Source: Podospora anserina
Taxonomy: Eukaryota
DNA length: 64,000 nt
Direction: 5' to 3'
Assembly: GCA_017654855.1 (NCBI GenBank)
Contig: CM030333.1
Location: forward strand, 2,542,001 to 2,606,000
Below the pieces are notes generated by a model. That model saw only the letters and a program-made list of their open reading frames with translations. It was not told the DNA's origin and searched no databases. Positions 38,303-50,225 of the stretch are shown piece after piece (position 1 is the stretch's first letter; each line of letters starts with the position of its first letter). Made by a program: the position numbers and the translations under genes.

Positions 38303-38803
38303 TTAGCTATTCTGGGTCTCGCTGCGCCAGATGCCCGCGCCGAGAGGCTTGCTGACTCCAAACCCTACACCGACTGCAATGCCGACGATGAGGAAGATGA
38401 GTAGGATCTTGACGAGAATTCGGTTCCGTTTGCTGAGGCCGGCGAGGCAGTTGCAGGCGCGCCGATTCTTTTTGGCGGCCTTGGCTTTTCGCTTCCAGTG
38501 ATCTTGCCCGGGCCAAACTTGGCAATCGGTTCCTCCCTTTGTGCACTCGGCTGATCTCTTGTGGCTGTTCTCGTTGGTGATCATGGCCTCGATATCGGTG
38601 TCGAAGGGGTTTAATCGGTGAGTGGTAGCTGGTGTAGACAAGTCCGAGAGTCGCGACGCTGACGTGTCCTTCTCGGTCAGTGTTGGGAATGGTTCGGGTG
38701 TGAGTGTCTCTTGAGAAGTCTTGGTAGACAGCCGGGACATTGACGTCGTCTCGACGGTCAAGCCCGGCTTGTTGTTGTTGTTGTTATCTGTTAGAGAAGC
38801 CAT
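38303..38803 (-). CDS. Hypothetical protein with C-terminal transmembrane helix
   Basis: 166-aa ORF; NPFDTDIEA, DCQVWPG, basic KRKAKAAKKNRR, CNC, TM segment ILLIFLIVGIAVGVGFGVS. Confidence 0.75.
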   Translation of the reverse strand: MASLTDNNNNNKPGLTVETTSMSRLSTKTSQETLTPEPFPTLTEKDTSASRLSDLSTPATTHRLNPFDTDIEAMITNENSHKRSAECTKGGTDCQVWPGQDHWKRKAKAAKKNRRACNCLAGLSKRNRILVKILLIFLIVGIAVGVGFGVSKPLGAGIWRSETQNS

Positions 38804-41800
38804 GATGTGTGCTGGTTCTGTGAGCGTTGTTTAATGGCTGGGAGCTGTAATTATATCGCGGCAGTGGCCGTTCTGGATCTGTATGACAGAGTCGATTGAT
38901 GTTCGTGTTCGAAGTTCCGGGAGTCGGACGGACAAAAGGCAAAGCCACGAGAAGTCGTTTGCCTGGAAGGTGTCAGTCTGGGGGGACACAGAGAGTTACA
39001 GCTCACAGGCCGCTGGGAAAGCGTGACGAGGGCTGTGACAGGTCTCAGGTTTTCAGGTGCTCTTACGATTAGAATGGTCGACTGACGATGCTTGTGAATA
39101 CCGAGGTGAATAGAGCTTGTTGTTGAAGCAAAAAGGGCCCGTGACCCCTTCCCAGCAGGAGATTGAGCGGGCTCGGTTGGAGAAATGTCTGGCAGATGGT
39201 GTCGAACGGTGTGTTGTGGCATCCGCCGCCTTCCTCTCAAAAACGTCCTCGGGGGCCGTTCCACTCGCCTTGTCAGCGGTGTTTTGAGGGCAATTGGGGC
39301 TGTTGATGACGGAGGGAGAGCTGTGAGGTTCGTTCGAGAGGAATGAGAAGATGGGCGACTGGGCAGAGAAATGGGAAATGAGAAGCAGCACCTCCCCCCG
39401 GACCAAGCTGCAAAGACAACAGGTACCCAGGTACCTCCTGGCGAATGCACCAATGGGAAAGGGGCGGTCAGCGGCAGCACTTGGCAGCACTTGGACCTGG
39501 GGGTCTGGGCTGCCATTCGCTGGCACCTGCTGAGCTGTGGATAGCTCGAGCTCCACTTCCATTCTCGGTCATACAGCCCCACTGTGATTGGCCGGCCGGC
39601 TGGCGCTAGCTTCTGGGGTTGCAAAGCTGCAAACTCCATCTCCCGCATGCTGCATGTGGAGCGGAACAGCCTGAACCTGAACAGGCACAGGGACTTCCTG
39701 AACACAATACAGGGAACAGCGCTGAAGAGCTAATCCACATGAACGAGGCCTCTGACGTGCTGCATAAAGTGCTCCAGAAGAGATGACCCACAATATTTCT
39801 GGACCAGATTGCGACGCGTTTTATGAAGGCAGGCCGCCGTGTCGGGTCGCCGCCATGGTCAGAGGTGTGTTGTTTAAGACGACGACGACGGGACTCCAGG
39901 GACGGACACGGCAGATATGTCGGTCAACTGTTGGCCGTGGCCGCTCCGGCAATCAGACGAAGACACCAAGACCACCAGTTTTTTGGTCAGATGATGGAAC
40001 GACGGGGGCCATTGCCAAAGACCTGGGCTGGCAATGGCCAGCCCTAGGACCTGGGCAGGGACTAAAAGTCTTGACCGGTTCGTTTGCTAGGTAGTGTCGC
40101 CTTCGATTTTGTGGTTGGATTATAGGATTAGGATCGTATACTGTGTGATGCCACCTGCTACGATGGGAAAGTGTAGATAAGAAACGGCAAGCAATATCTT
40201 GTCATCAGCCTCAACGACCCAAAAGGCTGGTGCTGCCCAGACGCCGCGCGAACTTCCACCGAGCAAAGAACCGACCATCCCACCTCACCACACCATCACG
40301 AGTGCGTTGGATGCGCTGGGTGCGCTGGGTGCGCAAATGCAGTTCGCCCGCACGGTAGTACACTGCAAAAGTAGCAGCGACGCCCGGCATTTTGACGCAT
40401 TTCTTCCGCTCTTTTCATTTTACCCTTCCGTGCGTGCAGCCACTATGTACTTGGCTTTTGGAGGCTTGACAGAGCAGAGAATGGTTCGGACGCGGTCCCG
40501 GCTCGCCTTGCCACGCATCCATCCCAACCATCCATCCATTCCCCCACTGCTGCAAGCCACGCCGGTGCCCATCACGAACTTGGACTGCTGCTTGAGGCAA
40601 TGAGGCAAAAGGGCAATGGGCAAGCTGGAGCATAGCACAACAGCAAGACCACGCATGTGAGGTATGTTTGCGCTGCGCAGCAGGTAATTAACTGCCGACG
40701 TAAGAGTCTCGAATCTTGATGCAGTCTCACAACCGATCGACGCCTCTGGACCGTTTGGATAAGATACGGCTCATACAGAAACAGCTTGCCAGCCAAAGTT
40801 CCACCTTCATAAACCTGTTATCGTCTTCCTCTTCTTCTCCCCCGCTTCTTCTTCGCGTAGGTATCCCGTGCGTGTGTGTCCCGCTTATTTTTCTAAACGC
40901 GCAAACTTGCCAAAGATAAATTGGATGGTGCCTCCAAGCGATGTACCAGCATGACATGGTGAAGGCGCCAAGCTTCATGTTTCGGGCCTCCTCGTCTTTC
41001 TCAAATCATGCTCCAACGGACTTCCCTCTTTTGAAATGCCGCACAGCCGGCGGTTTTGGGGCCTGCTTGGTTCTCATCCTTTTTGACCTCTTTGCAAGTT
41101 TGTGGGCTATTGATGCCATCAACACACTAGGGGACTAGGTAGGGGAGTTAAGTTAATATCCAACGCACGTGTGTCTTCCCTGTCCTCTAGCTGGGCTGGG
41201 CAGTTGAAGAAGGTGAGGGGGAAAAGCACGTTCTATTTCCTACTTTTACACAATTCCTTTTCCAATATTGCTTCTTCCAACCCCCCCACCCGCTATACAT
41301 ACAGCACATAAACGTGTTGTGTGGGCTTGCGGCGCGAGGAATCGACCTTTCCTGCTTCAACACCGGATGCAAGCCCACTGTCAAAAAAAAGGAGACAACT
41401 GGACTGGCTGTTCTCCTTTTTGGCTTTTTGACTTTCCGCTAGTGCGTGCGGCACAAGCAGCTTTTGGGCCATCATCCAGAGTGTTGCATCTTCCCTATCT
41501 TAAAAATTGGGTCGCTGCCCACTATGCTATTCTGGGACTAGTGTGTGGCCTCAGGAGTTTTGAGTGTGACACTGCGGGGTCGTTTTCCCGTTCAAGCCTA
41601 GAACCCTGTCAGAGTTGGAATCCTTGCTCCTTCTCTCTGTTGGAGCGGGCGGGGAACCTGTGTGGAAAACCACAAGCGGCGGTTCGGTTGGGCTGAGTGC
41701 ATTCACCATTGATTCGTTGGCTGCTGTTCTGGAACTCCGAAAATCTGTGTGGAATTTTTGGAGTAGGAGATCTGGGATCTGGGGATCTGGATGGATCTCG

Positions 41801-43660
41801 TGGGCAACGGTTTTGGGTTCCAGACCATGAGAAGGTGTGGGTAGGGAGGGTAGAACGAGTTGCCTGCCCGTTGAAGACACCGAGAAGACACAGACCAAAC
41901 AGCCTTTATTCTAGAGCGATGGTTTCCGCGGATACAAACCTCACTTGTTGTTTACTTCTTTATGGTCGTGAGTTTTCTCTAGTCTGCTTTATCCGAAGTC
42001 TTTGTTACGTTTCTCTCATTCTCACAAGTGGCGGGAAAGGATATTTGTTTGTCAAGTCTACGCGAGTCATCAAACTGCACTGCCCACACGAAAATCCGAT
42101 ATCAAAAGCCCGTATTTACCCCTTATCTGCTATTACGTCCCAAACCTTGAACCCGACACTTGCAGTCTCACAATACGCGGACTGAAACTTTGACCTCCGA
42201 CTCCGCCTCAAAATTGATTGCCTTTTTGTCTTTGATGAGCTACTTTTCTAGAATACGAGAACATGCAGTTCGTGGATACACAGGTAAGGTCCAGGGGATA
42301 CGCGTAACGTAGTTGATGAGCCTTGTTACACACGCCACGCATGTTGTGGACAAAAAGATGGAGGCTGCTACCTGAAAAGTTGCACAGTTCATTGATTGTA
42401 GTTGTAAAGAAGTCTTTTTAGCATGGTTAAATACCCCTGAGAAGGTGACTCTCTCAAAACAGTCGGGAGGTATACACTCCCTTGCTTTCATCACATGCTC
42501 GAAGCCATCATTGAAGAAAAGCTCGGATGATTGCTTGCTCTTGCATCAAGTGAGCTTCATCTCATGTATTGTCAGCATGCAAGGCACAGCACAGGCATCA
42601 AGCTCAAAAGTGCTCGCATTGGCGCGTAGCCAACCTCCCGCTATATGAGATGATCGACTGTGATGGGACGGATGATTGACGGTGTCAAAGCAGGTCCACC
42701 ACCATCGTTCATTATCCTGTGGGGAATCTACCTCATGAGATGGCGCAATAAGCCAAAGCAACGTTACGCAACAACAACAACAGCGTTCGCTACAACCGGG
42801 CCTGGATCCTAGATCACAATGGCTTTGTGACTCTGATGGAGGTTAGCGCGGATATCATACTTGTTGGGAACAGGAGGGTTTTGGCGGTGATTTTGTGATA
42901 ATAGCAATCTAACCCCAGAGGAAAGGGCTTGTTGGCCAATGATGAGACTCTCTTTTCTGAGGAGTGATGGATAGTAATACCATTCTCTCTTATACTTTTA
43001 GCGCCCATCACGGTTATGTTAACTATAGATAAAACTATTTCGACCAATTCAATGTGCAGTATACTTACAACCTCCATCTCATCGCATGCAAAGCCGGGGG
43101 CCATAAGGCTAGGGTAACCGACAAGTCACACACACCTTCCTCGTTCCATTCTTCCGCTAGACCGTAAATGCGAGCCGAGCAAGTGAATTGGTCCGGGTGG
43201 CTAATTCGGTGTTGAGGGCGTGCGAGTGTAAACGTCGAGATTACGCCTGAGGGCGCGCGTGGGAGCGTTCATGAAGACAAAGCCCGCGCGCGTGGCCGCG
43301 GCGTTCGTGAGATTTGTGTAACCAGCCTAGTTCTTCTTTTTCTTGAAATTCCGCTGGAAGATGCAAAGTCCTGTTGATCTCGATAATAATTCAGACGAAA
43401 ATAATCAAACTACGGAAAGCCACAAAATAGTAATTTCCACAAAGTGAAAACAACGAAACATGGGATTTGGAACCAAGGCTCTAGCTATCAGCCACCTGCT
43501 CGAGGCAAATACCCCAAAATTCCCAAAGTCCTCCCATCCCAAATTATCATTCCCCTATTTTCCTCTCGGCGTCTTTAGTCGCAAGAACACCATTCCCTTG
43601 GCGTCTTTCGTCGCAAGTGAGCCCGGTGCTCAAAAGAAATCAGTGTCCCCCAACCCCATC

Positions 43661-44040
43661 CTAGGGTTCGCAAGGGAACGGCGCTTTGTTGCCGCTGGTG
43701 CCGCAGACGTGGCATGTCCTGGGGTAGGTGAAACGAGTTAGCAAGGTGATATTGGAAGATTTGAGATCAAGAATCGGGAAGAGCAAGGTGAGAATGAAAG
43801 AACATACCATGTGACCTGTTCGAGGTACTGTTTCTTGATGAGGGAAACAGGGATTATTAGAGTGATTAGTTTATCTGGAGAGAAGTAGGTCAGTGTATGG
43901 TCTGATGTAAACAAAGAGCTCTAAGGGGTTGAAGGAAAGTCCATACCTCCGGAATCCGAGTCCTTAAAGGCTTCGGCTGAGGATCTCTTGTTTGTCATCC
44001 TCTTGTTAGCCACCTTCTTGTTTGTCCACTTCTTAGCCAT
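43661..44040 (-). CDS. Possible small 3-exon gene or relic (basic N-terminus, WTCHVC...N...C motif)
   Basis: MAKKWTNKK...DSG|GTATGG; canonical introns give DKLITLIIPVSLIKKQYLEQVTWTCHVCGTSGNKAPFPCEP*. Confidence 0.35.
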
Positions 44041-44719
44041 TGTGATTGTTTTGTTTGACAGTAAACAGATAGTTGGCTAGGCAGGCAGGTAGGTAGGTAG
44101 GTGATGGGCCACCAGACGCAAGGGTGATCGAACGAAGAGGCTCCTCAATGTTTGAGGGTCAAATGCAGGTACGATCTCAAAATTGCTGGGAATTTATACT
44201 CGACAGAGGAGTAACTTCCTATGCAACCGTGCTTTTCGTGTATCATATTGCTTATTCACTTTGAAAGCTCTACACTTCACTTTGTTGGCCAATTGCCCTC
44301 CCCACAGGACAGGTCCTACCAGTGGTATTATAGAACTGGGAGCAAGACGGTCAATATGGCAGCTACGCGCGCAAGGCAACTAGGCAGCGTACGCGCGCGG
44401 TTGATAATGTGACGTTTCGTCGCTCCCAAAGATCAGATGGGTATCGCGGGGCCATCTCCATCCTTCCCATCCTATCGTCCACATTCTCCGCCTGGTGAAT
44501 AGGACACGCGTCCCATGGGAAGAGTTGAGATGAAACAGACAGTGCTGTGGTCAGCGGCCGTTTGCTCGACTGTCACTAGACAGGAATATAAGCCGTGGTG
44601 TTAGTAGGACTTCTATAAAGAGCCCTAGATCTTCTTCCTCAGTGGTGAAATGGTCCTGCTTCTTCGAACAATAGCAGAATCCTTAGACCTACCCAGAGAC
44701 TACAAAGCTCCACAGTAGA

Positions 44720-45311
44720 ATGATCGCCTCTATGATGTTGGTCTTCCTCTCCATGGCCATTCAGCTAGCCGTAGCCGGCCCGGTTGAGCCCGCCTCCGCA
44801 CAACAACAGAAAAGCTCGCCACTCGGCGCCTCACCACCCTCAGCGCACATCCTATTGTCAATGATTGCCACAGCGTAATCAACAATATAGGCAGTAAGCT
44901 GAAATCCTCTAAAATCAACACACTGTCTACCTCTCCACCTGCATTTCTCTGAACATAAAATGAAAAGCATCATCCGGAACAGGAAAACTGGACCTCGATC
45001 CTCGAATGTGCGTGACCATCGGTGTCGACAGTTGTGCTGGCTTCATTTGCAACTACCACAACTTACCGTATCAACTCAACCTACCCATCGCCGCCATAGA
45101 AATGACTGCCTATGTCTACGACCCTTGCGTTCGAAACGACCAGTATGGCCAGTGGGCCAACGTATGGTATGAGCTTGTATTGGTGCACATGCCTATCATA
45201 CCAACGCCACCCACAAACCCATGGCACAACAAGATCAGAATCGAAGATGTAAGACAGTTTCTGGGAGGAAACATACCAGCCGAGGTGGATGGTAGTATCT
45301 CACAGCCTTGA
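44720..45311 (+). pseudogene. Frameshifted single-domain member of the secreted DC-domain family
   Basis: Signal peptide MIASMMLVFLSMAIQLAVA is in a different frame from HPIVNDCHSVINNIG; phase-1 intron follows, then CAGFICN...YVYDPCVRNDQYGQW...MP. Confidence 0.6.
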
Positions 45312-45797
45312 GCAGCTGCGGCAGGATAATCTGGGGAAAATTGGCCGGTATGTAGGGGACGTCGACGGTCGTATCTCATAGAGTAAGCGGCTGGGGGGGA
45401 TTATCTTGGAAGAACTTTGATCGTGATGAGAGGAGGATATTAATTGTATCATGTTCTGAGAAGTCGTCTGGATGCACCGCTCAGTAATCATCTACATAGA
45501 ATGTAGAAATATTTTGGTGCCCAGGTCGAAAATAAGTGTTTTCTGAAATCAAAGAAGTGTTATGCGTTGCGGTCCAAATCAAATCTCTCTCTGCACAAAA
45601 CTCGGTTGATGGTTACCCCGCCATACTGTCACAAGTCAGTAGACGTCGGAGGGAAAGTGGCGGGCTTCTCTGTCACAATGTTCCTTCCTTGATTGATATT
45701 CAAGTATAGAACACCCTGCCCAAAGTTGTCACAGATCCACGCTCTGTTTCTCAGACACACACCACCACACCCAGCGGCCCAACACCCTATCAGCACG

Positions 45798-46957
45798 ATG
45801 CTGAGCTTTACAATCCTCTCTGTGCTTTGGCTCGCCGGACTCGCTCTTGGGGGGCAGGCTGATCCTGCAAAACACGGCTGGATTTTCGACAGTATGATGA
45901 ATGAACTGGATTGCTACCACGTCTTGGATCAATTCAACGGTAAGTCGCCATGTATAGCCTCTCTCTACTACAAGGCTCTCTATCCTCTTGCTAACTACGA
46001 CTGCCTTACATAGAAAGCGCTGATGCAAATCAAGTCATCGAGCTGAAGTATGAAGAGCCCAAAGAAATGCTCTACAAAGGCTGCAGCATCATACTCAGCC
46101 AACTCGATATCGAGCCCTGGTACACGTACATTAGCTTGAAGCAGATCTTGCCCAGCCTAGCGAAATATCTTTACTACCAACCGAATATCAAAAATGACTG
46201 GGAGGCGACATTCAACATCTCGGAAAACCAGTCGAATAGCGAATCAAAAATAGCATACGTCAAGATCCTGAAGTATTCCACCGATGACCAAAACGAGGCC
46301 AATACATCTGCCAATTCTGTCGACCCCGACGCAACTTGTTTCAACATGACAGAATTTCCACCACTCGTCCAGGCAGACTGTCAGGCATCGTTTGATTGTT
46401 AGTGTTCCCCTCTGACTTTCCGAGCCTACCCAGGCCCCCAAAAACAATGCCTAGATATAGCAGAAACTAACTGATCACCAGTATGGACTACTGGAACCAA
46501 AGCCTTCTTTCCGAATCACGAAAACATGACATGGGAGTCTGGTTTTCTTAGCTTCTCCAACGACAGCTCCACTTGCCAGTTTGTGATGTATAACAATGAC
46601 GATTATACTGCATACGTGAGCCTGACCGACGTTACCGACCAAGTCCAGCATCAAATCATTGACCCTTGCGTCTCTAACGGTTGGTATGGAGGTTGGCAAA
46701 AGAATAATACGGGGCTGTATCTGGACTTCAAGAACAGGGGCGTGCTGGCATGGTTCCTACCCAAAGAGTTCTTTCCCGCTGTTAGATGGACCTTTCCTGA
46801 GTGGTTAAAAGACCCGGCGGATCCGTGGGATTACCCGCCATATCTCGTGTTCAACAAGAGCAAGAGCCAAGTGTTCAACAAGAGCGAGAGCCAAGTGTTC
46901 AACAAGAGCGAGAGCCAAGTGTTCAACCAGAATGAGAGCCAAGCAATCTCTGATTGA
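45798..46957 (+). CDS. Secreted Cys-containing two-domain protein (DC-domain family), 3 exons
   Basis: Signal peptide MLSFTILSVLWLAGLALG; ELDCYHVL and QADCQASF, each followed by a phase-1 intron (45940-46013, ~46399-46482); CQFVMYN...IIDPCVSNGWYGGW...LP. Confidence 0.78.
46847..46942 (+). repeat. 24-bp coding tandem repeat x4 (VFNKSESQ)
   Basis: gtgttcaacaagagc(g/a)agagccaa x3 plus a diverged fourth unit. Confidence 0.9.
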
Positions 46958-46983
46958 TATCATGGCGGGTACTGGAAGGCAGG

Positions 46984-47380
46984 CAGTGCGGGCAATGAGC
47001 TGATCTGAGCTGAGCAGGCCCTTGACTTGATTTGGCTCAGGCCGGCCACGTCAAACTTAACTTGAAGGTATTATAACTTAACTTGGCTTAGGAAGATTAT
47101 TAAATGTACCGGAAGTGGTTTTTCCCGGCCGGGTGGGCCGGAGCACTGGTTCCGCGGAGGGCACCTGTGGGTAGGTTCAGAGGGTGCCCTGCCGGCCACC
47201 TCACTACCATACCGGATATCACCACGTTTTGTGGGGCTAGAGAGATCACTGATCTTCTGAGCTGAGCCAATAGGAAGATTTGACTTGGCTCAGGCCAATA
47301 TAGGGATGACTTGACTTGGCTCAGCTCAGCTCAACTGAGCCAAGTCAAGTCAAGTCTGGCTCAGCTCATTGCCCACACTG
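46984..47380. mobile_element. Non-autonomous hAT-like element / MITE (397 bp)
   Basis: Terminal inverted repeats CAGTG(C/T)GGGCAATGAGCTGA (19/20 match); perfect 8-bp TSD AAGGCAGG at 46976-46983 and 47381-47388; subterminal repeats TTGGCTCAG/TTGACTTG; no ORF. Confidence 0.88.
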
Positions 47381-48513
47381 AAGGCAGGCTTGGACGGGTT
47401 TAACATAGCTCAAATAGTGGTTAGTAGGCTGAGCTTTCGTCTCACCAAAGGAACTTTTTGGGACCTCATCGTGGTCATTAATCCACACCGTCATGTGAGT
47501 CTTGATTTTTCACCGTGTTGCTTGGACGTCCAATCCTTTGAATGAAAAGTGTGAGGCATGACAATTTAGAGCCGATTGTTCTTGTACTCTTTCATCTGAC
47601 GACACATTACTGCCATTCTTCCGTCTTCACCCAGATGTTTCATGCGAAGTATCGACCGGGCCACCATTCTTGTTACACTGCAGATGACCGTCGCAAGTAT
47701 CTACGTCGTCAGCGTACTGCTGACCAACATGAGATTTACAACCTCTAGAGAACTCATTCAACCCTTACCGAACTGTTGGTCCAGATAAATATTTCGTCTT
47801 TCCCCCTGAGAACCCTTTTTCATTGTTAGCCTTTCAAAAAGTCAAAATATACATGAAGGGGTCGGCGAAGGACAATGTCACCTTCCTCACCTGCCACACA
47901 TTATGAAAAATAAAAACCCGAAAACTTGAACTACGAACATACTAAGCACCTATATTCACCTGCGCAAAACACACACAAAAAGAGAGAAAAAAAAAGGCCT
48001 CCGTCTACAACGTGCTCAAATAGGTGAACACCAAAACCGCCTACAACACACCCATGACTCAGCAATTGTGACCATAAAGAAGATGCACACTACCCAGCAA
48101 CAAAGTACCTCCCTACAGACCTCCACGATCAACACCCAGGCTCTAATACCTAGCACATCTCACAACAACCAGACACAAATCCCAACCAAATGTCTATCAA
48201 CATTCTCTCCGTTTTCTTTTCATGAGCGGGGAATCATATATATCCTCTTTATCAAAAACCTCATAATAAAGTCACAAAAATACCAAACACCCTCCTCCCA
48301 ACCCAACCCAACCCATCCATCTCTTTGAACAAAACAAAAAGAAAAGCCACAAAAAAAAAACGCCTGCCTCTTTCATAAAAGTCATCTTGTAGAAAATGAA
48401 ATCCCTTTCACACTCTTCTTTTCCCATATCATACCACCCATCCTGACCAAAAGACGTGTATATACATCTTTTTTTTCCCCACCTCATATCCAAAACCACC
48501 CCCAACATCCCCC

Positions 48514-50225
48514 TTAAAACTCCCCATCCCCACCAGCCCCCATCACCCCCGCAACCCAAAGCCCAACCAGCCCCCACCAATTCACATTCCAACCCCTCGC
48601 CAACCCATTCAACCCCTGACCCCGTCTATACACCGTCTCCGAAATCGACTGCTGCTCCTTTGCCTGCTTCCCACCCTTCTTCCTTCCCCTCGCTGTCTCC
48701 ACCACCTTCGAAGGCTTAACAACAGCATGCGACCCCTCCTCATTGACAATACTGTACATCGTCCCAAACACACCATTGTATTTCCCAACAGGGACAATAG
48801 TCTCCAAACTTTCTGGCGGTGCCACAGCACTCTTCTTGCCCTTGACAGGAGGAGGCGCCTCGAGAGCTTGGAGGTACTCTGGTGTGTTGAGGACCGCGAC
48901 CTGACCTCTGCGGAGGACCGTCTCGAGTGGGAGCTTGATGCACAGCGCTACAGCCGAGGAGCAGAATTTGGCGATGGAGAAGCTCGCGGGAGCAATCTCC
49001 CTGTCGATCATGAATTGTGTTCGGAGAACAAGGGGTGTTGAAAGGGTAAGGAGAGGGTGGACGAGGGAGTGGAGGACCGTTGGGAAAAAGACGGCGGAGG
49101 GGCAGAAGTAGGAGGGGAGGCTGCGGAGGGCGGTCAAGGTGCGCCTGGAAGCGCGAGAGGTGGATGTGATAATCATGCTAAACGTTTTTTAGTACATGGT
49201 AGAATTAGACAGCTTCAAGGAGGCATACCGTGTGCGGATCAGATCCAGGGGAGAGAGGATCAGGCCAGTAACAACCGCCGCGGCGGCAGCCACACAAAGA
49301 GAGGCCCATGGATATGGTGCGGCGATATCAATCAACCGGTCGGCATCGTTCTTGACGCCGAGGTCTGGTACGTTGAGAAGGGCGCTGAGTAGACTCCTGG
49401 ACCAGTTCTCCAGTAACGAGTGGAGTACCGAGTAGATAAAGGTCACGTTTGAACCCTTCCAAACACCCCACGCACCTTCCTTCTGCCATAGCTGTGCGAT
49501 AACTTCCAACACAGAGTCGGGGGTTCGAATGGCCAGTTGATGTGCCGGTACAGGGGCTGGCTTTCCAGGCGTTCGTGGGGTATCAAGTGGGGTCATTGGG
49601 TTCGGTCTCCCGCGGGTAGCTGTTGGAGAGGGAGTTCGTGGTTGGTTTGAGGTGAAATATGCCATTTCATCGGCATCCGAGTCTGAGTCGGGGACTTGTT
49701 CCTGTAAGTTGTGTGTTAGTCGTCTGCTTGGTATGGAAGCGGGGCGTGGTTCGATGGTGTTGCCCACGATACCCAACGGCAGCATACCTCGTCGTCAAAC
49801 TGAGTATTCCACGGATTCGCAGCAGCAGCAGCCGCTGCTTGTGCTTGCTGTCGCCTTGCCTCCTCTGCTTCCTCAGCGGCAGCTGCTAGTCCTCCCAAAT
49901 CATCCTGTTTCCTGACTTGCATGATGGTCTTGGCCACATCGAAGGGTTGGGCCATCAGCACCGACGAGTACTTCCATAGCAGCTCGTCCAGCACCTCCTT
50001 GACTGTCTGTACAACTGATGGCGAAGGCTCGGCTATGTAGTTCTTGTAGTCGATGTCGGAAAAGAGGTCGCGTGCCTTACTAGCATACTGGCCGGTTGAG
50101 TTGCCGGCTTGGGCGAAGGCTTTTGGGCCGGGTGGTGTGGGGAGGGACTCGGGAGGTTCGCCGATCGAAGGGGGAATGTAGTAGGGTCTCAGGGGATTGA
50201 CCCCGTTGTCACTGTGGTGAGCCAT
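48514..50225 (-). CDS. UGO1: Mitochondrial fusion protein Ugo1-like (mitochondrial carrier-related), 3 exons
   Basis: NPLRPYYIPP N-terminus, LMAQPFDVAKTIMQV, EGAWGVWKG, LSPLDLIRTR, KLPLETVLRRGQ carrier-type motifs. Confidence 0.88.

Noticed and set aside
38851..39705. 284-aa minus-strand ORF
   Set aside because: Non-ATG start and no protein-like motifs; probably 5' region of the 38803 gene.
46847..47380. Short repeats as a CRISPR-like array
   Set aside because: Eukaryotic context, no unique spacers; explained by a coding VNTR and MITE subterminal repeats.
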